A stretch of DNA of 64,000 nucleotides from Dendrobates tinctorius (lineage: Eukaryota): NCBI RefSeq assembly GCF_039654945.1, contig NW_027361714.1:15066001-15130000 (forward strand), read 5' to 3'. Position 1 is the first letter of the stretch; the number at the start of each line of letters is the position of its first letter. Both the position numbers and the translations under genes were made by a program. Shown here in pieces: positions 1-10,264 of this stretch. Under the pieces are notes generated by a model. The model was not told the DNA's origin, did no database searches, and saw nothing but the letters and a program-made list of their open reading frames with translations.

Positions 1-811
1 GTCGTGCAGTCCGTTTCATTCGAGGCCTGGGTTTCCCATTACAGGTTTTTTTTTTTTTTTTTTTTTTTTTGTTAAAAGCCCTGCAGAAAAGGGTATGGGT
101 GTGTCAGGTGTAATATCGGTGTCAGTCTGGTATGTGCTGTTGTGCAGAGGAAACGACTTTGCAGAGCTATACCTGTATGAGGCAACACAGGCCAACGGAG
201 CCAACAGCCAGGGCAGTTGAATAGTCTGGCACCCGCAGCGTACACAGATGTGTTGCTGTCCACGGTAACTGGTCTCGGAGGTGGATGGTCCTGTGCCTGA
301 AGGAGGACTAGCGTGTTTAGCTGCTGCAAACAGGTGGATTATGGTACCTGGCTGTAATCCAGAGGATATCAAGGACTGTGTATGGCTGGGAGTAAAGAGA
401 GAGTAACATGGTGGTGTAGTTGCCCACGGTAACTGGTCAGAGGAAGACTGGTGTGTTTAGTGATGGCGATCTAAAGTATATTTTGCACTGTGTAAACTGA
501 AGGAGGACCGTGTCTTGTGGCAAGCTGTGAGTAAGAGACATTGACACGGAGCTGAAGTCACCCACGGTAACTGGACAAAGGGAGGTCCAGTGTGTTTAGT
601 GACTGTCAAACGGAAAGCTGCCGTGTACTATGTAGTGCTGTGTTTGTGAACTGGACATTGAGGCTACGCACTTGTGTGAACTAAACACGCATGCTATGCA
701 CCTCTGTGAAATAGACATTTAATGTTGTGAAGTAACACATTAAAGAGACTGTGTTGGAACTTTGTGGGTCACTGCCTCCTCACCGCATAAGTGTGCTACC
801 GCTGCACTACA
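1..811 (+). mobile_element. Probable LTR (right part)
   Basis: Three copies of CCACGGTAACTGG followed by GTGTTTAG; ends ...CTACA just where TTAA-family sequence begins; no coding evidence. Confidence 0.4.
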
Positions 812-1555
812 CATGGTACCACAGAGAATGTCCTCTTTTTCTGCAAAAAAACAAGCCACCATACAGCTCCATCAGCAGAAAAATAAAAATATTATAGCTT
901 TCAGAATAAAGCGATGCAAAAACAATATTTTTCTCTAAAATAGTTTTTATTGTGTAAGAGTGCCAAAACATAAATATATAAATGGGGAATTGCTGTAATC
1001 ATATAAAACTGCCTTATAAATTTTACCACACAGGGAACACCATAACCCTACCCCCTCACACCCAAAAATATAAAAAAAAAAAAAATCAAATCCGGAATTT
1101 TTTTTTTATTTTTTTTATGTTCATTCTACCTCCCAGAAAACAAAATAGAAAGCAGTCAAAAAATGTCATGTGTCTGAAAAGAGTACCAATAAAAAAGTCA
1201 ACTCACTGCGCAAAAAAACAAGCCCTCACATGATTGTTGGCCGAAATATGGAAGAATTATAGCTCAAAATATGTTGATTCAACTAGTTTTTGCAATAAAA
1301 AGCATCTTTATTGTGTGACAGCAGCCAAACCTAAAAACCCACTATATAAATCTGATATCGCACCGACCCGAAGAATAAAGTTGCCTAATACTTGTACCGC
1401 ACAAGGAATGGTGCACAAAATAAAACAAATTCTTCACCTGCTGTTGAATTTTTTATTTTTTTTTTTCATTCTGCCTCTCAAAGATCGTAGAACTCTGCAA
1501 AGGAATACCTGGATTTCGTCCGCGCTGCCCAAATGATGAAATTCCAGAAGGTTAA

Positions 1556-1865
1556 AGGGAATCTGTCACCCCTTTTTAGAGAGATCATATAATGATATTC
1601 ATTTGTGTCACATAAGGATTCTCTTAGTACTTTTGCTTCCCCCTGACCCCACACCTTTCATGCATAAAAACCTTTTTTATATCGGTTCAGATGTATGTAA
1701 ACTGCCACGGTCCGGTCCAATGGGCGGGGCTTATTCAACTGCTCCCCCCCTGTCTTGCTCTACACATTTCATGGAAGGTGCAGGGTCAGGGGGAAGCAGA
1801 AGTACTAAGAGAATCCTTATGTGACACACAATTGAATATCTCAAAAAAGGGGTGACAGATTCCCT
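1556..1865. mobile_element. T2/Kolobok-type TTAA MITE
   Basis: TTAA TSD; TIR AGGGAATCTGTCACCCCTTTTT; largely palindromic body. Confidence 0.85.
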
Positions 1866-1888
1866 TTAATAAAGTTTGACTGTGGTTT

Positions 1889-1930
1889 ATTCTACGCGTT
1901 TCAAGGTTTTTTTGCAACCTCTTCAGGAAA
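1889..1930 (-). ncRNA. Minimal type I hammerhead ribozyme (Penelope-associated)
   Basis: Minus strand UUC-CUGAAGA-GGUU..AACC-UU-GAAAC-GC-GUA-GAA. Confidence 0.65.
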
Positions 1931-4471
1931 TACCACCTAGGTTTATTAACCTTCTGGAATTTCATCATTTGGGCAGCGCGGACGAAATCCACGTATTCCT
2001 TTGCAGAGCTCTGTTTCAGATAGTCGGTGACCGACTTGTGGATCTGCAGCAGCCCTTATCTATACATGCTTTGAATACCTACTACCAGGTGAGCAATCTT
2101 TTGTCAAACCGCTTACTTTATTTGTGGGATAAGACCCTATATTGCGCTAGTCTCTCCCTCTTTCCTCACAATACTAGTCTCAAAGATCGTAGTAAGGTCC
2201 AGCGCACGTTCATCCTCTGCTGAGCGCTTGTACAGGGGTTTCCGTGTAAATTTCTGAAATATGTGATGCAGACGGGACCTCTGGCGGAAGGTTCCATGTA
2301 GGCAGATGGAGGCACTGTGGATGCGTCTGGCCTTTGATCCGTTTGTGTCCGTCGTCTTAGGATTTTATAAAAGTGCCGTCGGCCACAGTTTTGTGCGCTT
2401 GTGAAAAGGACAATGCTGAACAGAGGCCAGACGGAGTCCAGAGTAAATCTGCTTCCTCATTAGTGAGTGGATCCAACGGGGGTTTCATCTGAATCGTGTC
2501 ACTCGGAGATATAGATGGAAACCCCAAAGTAAGTGTTCAGCGTAGAGTGTCGGATAAATGTGATCCCAAACGTTACGTAAAATGTTCCCAATAAAAGCTT
2601 CAACTCAATCCACAAAGAAAACAAACCTGTCATCTGTTAACGAAAATATAGGAGGCTTCCAAGTTACTGGTAGTACAATGGCTCTGGAAAAGTAAAATGG
2701 CTCCTTGCCCCCCAAAAGAAATTCAGCAGGTTAGCACTTCCAAATCCAAATGCCCCCCCTCCCTTCTGAGCCCCACAGTGGGCCTATACCACATATAGGA
2801 ACCATACTTGACATTTCTGAAGTGATGAGAGCCCACCTAACTTACGGGTTGTGTCTCCAGAAGCATAAGCTGGGCATAACGTGCTGGTCACTATAGTCAG
2901 GGCTGTGGAGTCATTTTGGTGGAGTCGGTATAAAATGGTCCGACTCCTAAAATATATAATAAATTGGGTACAGTAGTTCAATGTAGAATGTGGTGAATAT
3001 TTTTCATAGGAATTTGGGATCTATTCCTGATCTAAGGCTACATTCACACACAGCGTTTTTGCTGCGTTTTTTGAGGATACGTTTTTTCAGCTGCAAAAGC
3101 AGATCAACTTTTTAAAAAAAAAGCATCACCTGAAAGGTTTTTGAGCTCATAGATAATGTTTTCAATAGCAAAAGCAGATTAGAAATCTGCTCTATCTATC
3201 CATCCATTTATCCATATCTGTCTATCCATATCTTATCTGTACCAAAAAGAATGAAAGCCGGGTAGCACACAGACTAACACTTTCTTTATCGCCTTATTGG
3301 GGGACACAGAATACCATGGGTGTATGCTGCTGCTGCTAGGAGGCTGACACTATGCAAAACAAGAAAATTAGCTCCTCCCCGGCAGTATACACCCACCGAC
3401 AGGCACTAGGCACCTCAGTTTGTGCTTAGTGTCTGTAGGAGGCGGACCGGGATCTTCCCAGATCCGCAATTAACCTTTCTTTCCTTTAGGTGTTCTTGTG
3501 GAACTTTTTAATTTTTTGTCTTTTGTTTTGCAGATTCAAGTCGGGAAACAGGGTGGAAGTTCACCCTGCTTTCCCATATCAGGCGGCTGAGCGAGCAGTG
3601 TGGCTGATCCCACATCGCACCTCTCAGTACGCTGGCAGGACCTTTTCCATATCACCTTCTGGTGCTATGGGATGTGGACAGGTGGCTGGTCCTTGCCAAA
3701 TCCCCCTCCTCACCCCTCTCTCGGGACAGGGCTGAGAGGAAGACGGCGATTGCAAGTTTTTCCTCGCCATCAAGAGGTTAATGCCGTCTTCTGCAGGGTC
3801 CGGGTACAGAGGACAGCGGCCAGCGGCTTACCACTACCCTTGTGAGAGTCCCCTGTGGTCATCCTCTTCAGGGACGTCAGGTAAGTGCCTGTACGATCCC
3901 TCCAGCCCGCAGCATTACCAAGTGGCACATCGGTGGAAAACTGAACAGCCGAACACATCAGGCTGTTTGAATCTCCCACCCCTCTCCCTGCCTGACGGGC
4001 GCCGCTCTCTAGCCGCGCGCCTCTCCACTTAGCTTAAGGGGCTGAATACAGGGTTTCTCTCCCCGTTTTCACAGCTGGGCAGTATTCTCTATTCTGCGCG
4101 CACACTTCTCCTTCCTGAGCGATTCCATCACGGGGCTGCGGGACTTCCACTTTCGCTTTCAGCTCCCGCTCTCAGTGCGCCTCCTCCTCTTTCTGAGCGC
4201 GCTGTCCTCACGCCTTTTTTAGCCCATCACAGGGCTCCTTTTTCTCTTCTGGTCTGTCAGCTCCAATTGCGGCTCAGCCGCTAAGCTCCGCCCACCGCTC
4301 ACCTCATCAGGCATTTCCTGTTTTTTCGGTCCTGCCTTTCTGCGCTGCCTGGGGGACACTTCAGCGTTCCTGCTGCTCGCCGGAACTAGGTAGGCTCTGT
4401 CTATGCAGAAATATTAGCCCTCCTCCGCAGTTCTTCCCCAATTCCCGCGGCCATTCAGCGCAGTTTTCCTT

Positions 4472-5950
4472 ATGCCCCAACCCTGCAGGGGAACTCTGTT
4501 TCAGGCCCACCGCTACTCATTACGCCTGTGCGCGCTGTAAAAAGAAGTGGGCTTCGGGTCAGCCATCGCCTTTCTGCCCATCCTGCAGTCCTTCAGCTAT
4601 GTCGGCCTCTCAGGAGCACACAGATTCCCGTGATGAGGGCACTTCTCCTCTCCCAGAATGAGCCGTAGCTATGTCTCAATCGGTCTCCGATCTGACCAAA
4701 GTCTCGCAGTCCCTGGTCCAGGTCCTAGAACGTTTACCTCAGCTATCTACAGCCACCGCTGCTCCGACCACCTCTCAAGGTGAGTCGTCCGCTCCTGACC
4801 GCGACCTTCAGAGGGACAGGCCGAGTAGGATGTCCAGGAAGCGTCTCCTATCGGGCTCGTCTTCCAGCTCGCTAGGCCCATCTGCTTCACCCAGATGTCC
4901 GTCTCCTTCAGTGGACGACCTTAGGTCAGATGATGATCCTCAATCAGGATCTAGTTCAGAAGCAGATGACATGTCTAAAACACGAAATATGGTCGATAGT
5001 CTTCTTTCAGCTATCTTCCAAACCCTGGAGATTAAGCAGGACAGGCCCCTTCCTCAGGAATGTTCTGTTCCATTTAAACGATCAAGGCCCCCACCCAAAA
5101 CTTTTCCAAACCACAACGAGTTTGATACTACTCTAGCCAAACATTGCGAGCACCCTGAGCAACGCTTTTCGGGCCGCAGGTATTTAGATGTTCTGTACCC
5201 ATTTGAGGCTGATTTGTTTTCTAAATGGACCAAAGCCCCTGAAGTGGACCCTCCCGTTTCTTGCATAGCCTCTAAGACGGTTCTGTCCCTTCCAGACGGT
5301 GCATCGCTTAAGGATCCAACAGACAGACAGAATCTTTGGCGAAGTCTATCTTTGAGGCCTCCGGCGCCTCCCTCTGCCCTATTTTCGCCTCCTCCTGGGT
5401 GGCTAAAGTCATTTCAGCTTGGGCTAAAATTCTTCGCAGGGGCATCTTAGCGGCGGCTCCCCAGGACGAGCTGGCAGATCTAGCAGATCAAATTAATCAT
5501 GCGGGTAAATACCTTTTAGCCGCCTCCTTGGATGCGGCCGGTTGCGTAGCAAGGGCTAACAGCAATATAGTGGCTGTACGCCGAGTTCTTTGGTTAAAGT
5601 CATGGAACGCGGATACCACCTCAAAAAAGTCGCTCACCAATCTGCCCTTCCATGGTTCTAGGCTCTTTGGGGCCAAGCTGGATCAAATAATTTCCGATGC
5701 CACTGGGGGTAAAAGTACTTCTCTCCCCCAGTCTCGACCAAGACGCCTTTTTAATAGAAAGGGTTTTCGGCCCTTTAGGCCTTTTCGTTCGTTCTCGTCC
5801 ACAGAGAGATCTGTCCAGCAAGAGCGTCCTTCCGCATCTAGGGAGCGAGAGCAGAAGAAACCTTCTTACAAGCCCGCTCCCCGCTGGAGATCTAGAGGAC
5901 AATACTCCAGATCTTCAGGTGCCCGTTCCGGTAGGTTTGCCTCCAAGTGA
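4472..5950 (+). pseudogene. DIRS A ORF1, Gag-like (N-terminal CxxC..CxxC; LAP2alpha-like C-terminal region)
   Basis: CARC...CPSC, then DPPVS..LKDP.DR and RR.LWLKSW.AD..SK..L..LPF.G..LFG..LD, homologous to ORF1 of copies B and C. Premature TGA near 4659, frameshift near 5330. Confidence 0.8.
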
Positions 5951-7851
5951 CGGGGCACCCCCACCTGGAAGTTTTTCCAGGGTGGGAGGCAGACTTTCCT
6001 TTTTCATGGACGCTTGGCTGTCGGTTGTCGACGACGCTTGGGTCAGGGAAATCATCGCATCCGGTTACAAGATCGAATTTTCGTCCCCTCCAGACAGGTG
6101 TTTTTTCCAGTCTCGACCTCCAAGACAACGGTCCCACATTCCAGGATTCTTTCAGGCCGTCTCCTCCCTTCTTTCCGCCGGAGTGATTGTTCCCGTTCCC
6201 TCAGACGAACGGTTTTCAGGGTTCTACTCAAATCTCTTCGTAGTCCCGAAGAAAGACGGCTCCCTGCGGCCAATCCTCGACCTCAAATTGCTCAATCGCC
6301 ACGTGAAGATTCTTCATTTCAAAATGGAGTCTCTTCGATCGGTGATAGCCTCAATGGAGCCCGGAGAATTTCTCTGTTCTGTGGACATACGGGATGCCTA
6401 TCTTCACATCCCTGTTTGCTTGCAGCATCAGAAATATCTCAGGTTTGCGATTCAGGAAAATCATTACCAGTTCACGGCTCTTCCCTTCGGCCTAGCCTCG
6501 GCCCCCCGTGTTTTCACAAAAGTGATGGCGACGGTCATGGCCATCCTTCGATCCAGAGGGATTCTCATCATCCCTTATCTGGACGATCTCTTAATCAAGG
6601 GCTCGACCCGTCAAGACTGTCTCCTAAGTCTTCAGATAACCCTGGATACTCTCGACCGTCTCGGATGGTTAGTCAACAAAGAAAAGTCCGTTCTCAGCCC
6701 CACTCAGCGTCTGAACTTTTTAGGCATGGAGTTCGACACGAACCTGGCCCGGGTGTTTTTTCCGAGGGAAAAATTTGCGGCTCTGGTCAAAGGGATTCGA
6801 GCCCTCAAACGGCCAACGCCCATTCCCCTTCGATTTTGCATGAAAGTTCTAGGGAAGATGGTGGCTTCCTTGGAAGCAGTGCCCTTTGCACAGTTTCACC
6901 TTCGTCCTCTTCAGCTGTCCCTCCTTTCAGTCTGGGACAAGACGACGAGGTCCTTGGACCGGCCCATTCTCCTCCCTCTCAAAGTAAGGCAATCCCTCAC
7001 TTGGTGGACGATGTCCTCATCAGTCCTCCAAGGGAGGTCCTTCCTCCCACTTCGGTGGCAAGTCATCACCACCGATGCCAGCCTCCTGGGTTGGGGAGCA
7101 GTTTTTCACCAGAGGACGGCTCAAGGACACTGGAACCCACAGGAAGCTCTTCTTCCTATCAATCTGCTCGAGATCAGAGCGATCTTTCTGGCCTTTCGCT
7201 GGCAACCCCTTCTCGTCGGCAAGCCGATCCGCATTCAGTCGGACAACGCCACGGCTGTGGCGTACATAAACCATCAGGGCGGCACGCGCAGCCACCAAGT
7301 CATGTCAGAGGTGGCCAGGATTCTGCGCTGGGCGGAACGTTACGTCCCAGCAATCTCCGCCGTTCACATTCCAGGGGTGGAAAACTGGGCTGCCGACTTT
7401 GAGTCCTCAAGGCCTAGCGTCAGGCGAATGGTCTCTCCATCCTTCAGTCTTCGATCAGATATGCAAGCGCTGGGGTTCTCCGGACGTCGACCTCATGGCA
7501 TCTCGGATGAACCACAAAGTTCCGCGCTTCGTAGCCAGGTCCAGGGACCCTCTAGCCGTCGCTTGCGACGCCCTAGTAATTCCGTGGTCCCAGTTCCAAC
7601 TCCCTTATCTTTTTCCACCTCTTGCCTTGATCCCAAGAGTGGTCAAAAAGATAAAATCGGAAGGCGTTCCAGTAATTCTTGTGGCTCCAGACTGGCCGAG
7701 ACGGCCTTGGTATGCAGAACTGGTGAACATGCTCGCGGATGTTCCCTGGAAACTTCCAGACCATCCGGATCTTCTCTCGCAAGGCCCACTTTGCCACGAG
7801 AATTCTCGGTCTCTGAATTTAACGGCTTGGCTGTTGAAGCCGCAATCCTAA
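5949..7851 (+). pseudogene. DIRS A ORF2: reverse transcriptase, RNase H and Dam-like methyltransferase
   Basis: RT motifs LRPILDL, DIRDAY, LPFGL and YLDD (6576-6587). RNase H TTDASLLGWG, INLLE, SDN. After a frameshift near 7399, MT motifs DLMAS and YLFPP. Confidence 0.9.
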
Positions 7852-8863
7852 AAGAATCAGGTTTTTCCAGCCAGGTGATTCAGACGATGATCAAAGCCAG
7901 GAAGCCAGCCTCTTCCCGCATTTACCACAGGTGTTGGAAGGCTTTTTTCCGTTGGTGCGACGATAAAAAAGTTTTTCCAATGGCTTTTTCCATTCCGTCC
8001 ATACTGGGTTTTCTCCAATCTGGCTTAGATTCGGGTCTGTCTCTCAGTACCCTGAAGGGCCAGGTTTCTGCCTTGTCTATCCTCTTTCAAAGAGAGCTCG
8101 CTTCCTTACCGCAGGTTAAGACGTTCCTCCAAGGAGTCGCTCATGTGGCTCCTCCTCATCATTCACCAATAGAACCGTGGGATCTCAATCTCGTTCTGGG
8201 CGCTCTCCAAAAGGCGCCGTTTGAGCCCATCCAGGACATTCCTTTGTCACTTCTGTCATGGAAGGTAACCTTTTTGATTGCCATTACATCCATCAGAAGA
8301 GTTTCTGAGTTAGCGGCCTTGTCATGCCGTTCTCCTTATCTGGTGCTCCATCAGGATAAAGTCGTCCTCAGGCCCGTTCCTTCCTTCCTGCCAAAAGTGG
8401 TTTCCTCCTTTCACATCAACGAGGATATCGTTCTTCCATCGTTTTGTCCGGCTCCTTCTCACCCTCTTGAGAAGTCACTCCACAAGCTGGATGTTGTTAG
8501 AGCCTTGCGTGTCTACCTCGCTAGGACCGCTTCACTTCGTCAATCCGATTCATTGCTGGTCACAGGAAAGGGCTTCCGGCATCCAAATCCACGATCGTTC
8601 GCTGGATTCGTTCTACCATTCAGGAAGCATACCGACTTCAGGAAAAATGGCGCCCTCCGGGAGTGAGAGCTCACTCCACCCGGGCTGTGGCAGCTTCGTG
8701 GGCCGTTCGACACCAGGCTTCGGCTCTGCATCTTTGCAGGGCCGCGACCTGGTCGTCCTTGCACACATTTGCGAGGTTCTACAGGGTTCATACCCAGGCC
8801 TCGTCTGATGCAGTTGTTGGTAGGAAGGTTCTGCAGGCGGCGGTGGCGCACCGGCCGACCTAA
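5951..8863 (+). pseudogene. DIRS A ORF3: tyrosine recombinase with a long N-terminal extension overlapping ORF2
   Basis: Open frame 5951-7402 overlaps RT. It continues as the C-terminal part of the 989-aa ORF (SIRRVSEL) and, after a small deletion near 8562, as HSTR...W....TF.RFY (YR catalytic R, HxxR, W, Y). Confidence 0.88.
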
Positions 8864-8923
8864 GCCTTTCCTGTTCTTTCGTTCCTTATTGCTGTTCCCG
8901 CCCTTGGGACTGCTTTGGAACGT

Positions 8924-9022
8924 CCCATGGTATTCTGTGTCCCGCAATAAGGCGATAAAGAAAGATGGATTTTTGGTTCTTACCGTAAAATCTCTTTCTT
9001 GGAGCCTTCATTGGGGGACACA
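8924..9022 (+). repeat. Internal complementary region (ICR) of DIRS A
   Basis: Reverse complement of the left terminus (...GGCGATAAAGAAA) joined to the reverse complement of the right terminus (ATGGATTTTTGGTTCTTACCG...). Confidence 0.92.
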
Positions 9023-9502
9023 GCACCCTCCCTGTCTAATTTGTACCGTGTTGGGTCTTTGAGTCCCTTGTTGGGTTGGTACATATGTTTAGAGTGTTCC
9101 GTTGCTTCTCCTACTGCTTTCTCACCAACTGAGGTGCCTAGTGCCTGTTGGTGGGTGTATACTGCCGGGGAGGAGCTAATTTTCTTGTTTTGCATAGTGT
9201 CAGCCTCCTAGCAGCAGCAGCATACACCCATGGTATTGTGTCCCCCAATGAAGGCTCCAAGAAAGAGATTTTACGGTAAGAACCAAAAATCCATTTTTTT
9301 TTTTTTTTTTTATAAAGCACCAGTCAGGTACACCCCTTCAATTGATAGTTGGAATAAATAAACTGCATTCACCACATCTTAAGGTGCAGGCTTTATTTTC
9401 ACGTGTAGGGGTGTGCAATATAAGGTTCTGCAGCAGCTGCGGTGCTTAGTTACCTGCTGTTTACCTTGGATACCAGCTCCCAGCGTCTGCTTACAGGACC
9501 TG

Positions 9503-9543
9503 GACCTGTTGAAGCGTCTGTGTACGCAAACAGCTGTCGTGCG
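9503..9543 (+). ncRNA. Degenerate hammerhead ribozyme in a Penelope-like remnant
   Basis: CUGUUGA-A-GCGU..ACGC-AAAC-AGCU-GUC; two core lesions; followed by AATAAA and GGTGAGTGC. Confidence 0.5.
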
Positions 9544-10232
9544 TCTTTTTTCCCCGCATGCCTCATGTTATCTGCCCGTCCTTTATTGTGTGACCTTTAA
9601 TGGTTGAATAAAGAAACACTGCACATCTGGGTGAGTGCCGCATCTTTTTCCTTCTTTCACAAATTTAGCATGTTTTTTTTCTGATGCTGAGCACCGCTAT
9701 TCCCAGCAGTGTTTAATACACACTGTGCCTGTGATTGATCCTCGACTTGTTGCTGGTGGATTAGAGCCTTGGTGCCGTTCATCTGGGCTTTCTTTGAATT
9801 AAAAATAGACCTTAGTTTGTTGGAAAAAAAATTCCTATTAGCCCTTAGAAAAATTAAAAACTTGGGGGCTAAAACAACATTTCAGTGGTAAAAATGTAAC
9901 TTATTCTTTCTTCACCACTCAATGGTATAAAATTCTGTCAAGCACTTATGGTGTCAATATGATCACTGCACCCCTAGATGAATTCATTGGGGAGTGTAGT
10001 TTGTAAAACAAGCTCACATATGGGGGCGGGGGGTTTCTTTTGTTCTGGCACCTCAGGGGCTCTGCCAATGTGACAATGCACCCTCAAACCAGTCTAGCAA
10101 AATCTGATCTCCAATATGGTGCCTCTTCCTTTCTGGGCTTTGCACTGTGCCTCAAAAGTAGTAGTCCCCAACAAATTGTATGGTACAATTTCTCCTGTTA
10201 CCCTTGGGAAAATAAATTTTTGTGGAGAGAAT

Positions 10233-10264
<32 letters not shown>

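Larger units (their letters stand above)
1491..2177 (-). mobile_element. Penelope-like non-autonomous insertion with inverted end
   Basis: 15-bp TSD TCTCAAAGATCGTAG (1476-1490 and 2178-2192); 1489-1555 is inverted at about 1945-2012; contains a hammerhead core. Confidence 0.7.
3281..9296 (+). mobile_element. DIRS1-type YR retrotransposon, copy A (full length, several point lesions)
   Basis: Left terminus TTTCTTTATCGCCTTATTGGGGGACAC. ITR 3281-3420 is inverted at about 9127-9250, followed by a right-end extension. ICR at 8924-9022. Gag, RT/RH/MT and YR ORFs lie between. Confidence 0.95.

Noticed and set aside
5697-8666. 989-aa ORF as a novel natural RT-RNase H-recombinase fusion protein
   Set aside because: Comparison with copy C shows a small deletion near 7399 that swaps two overlapping frames.
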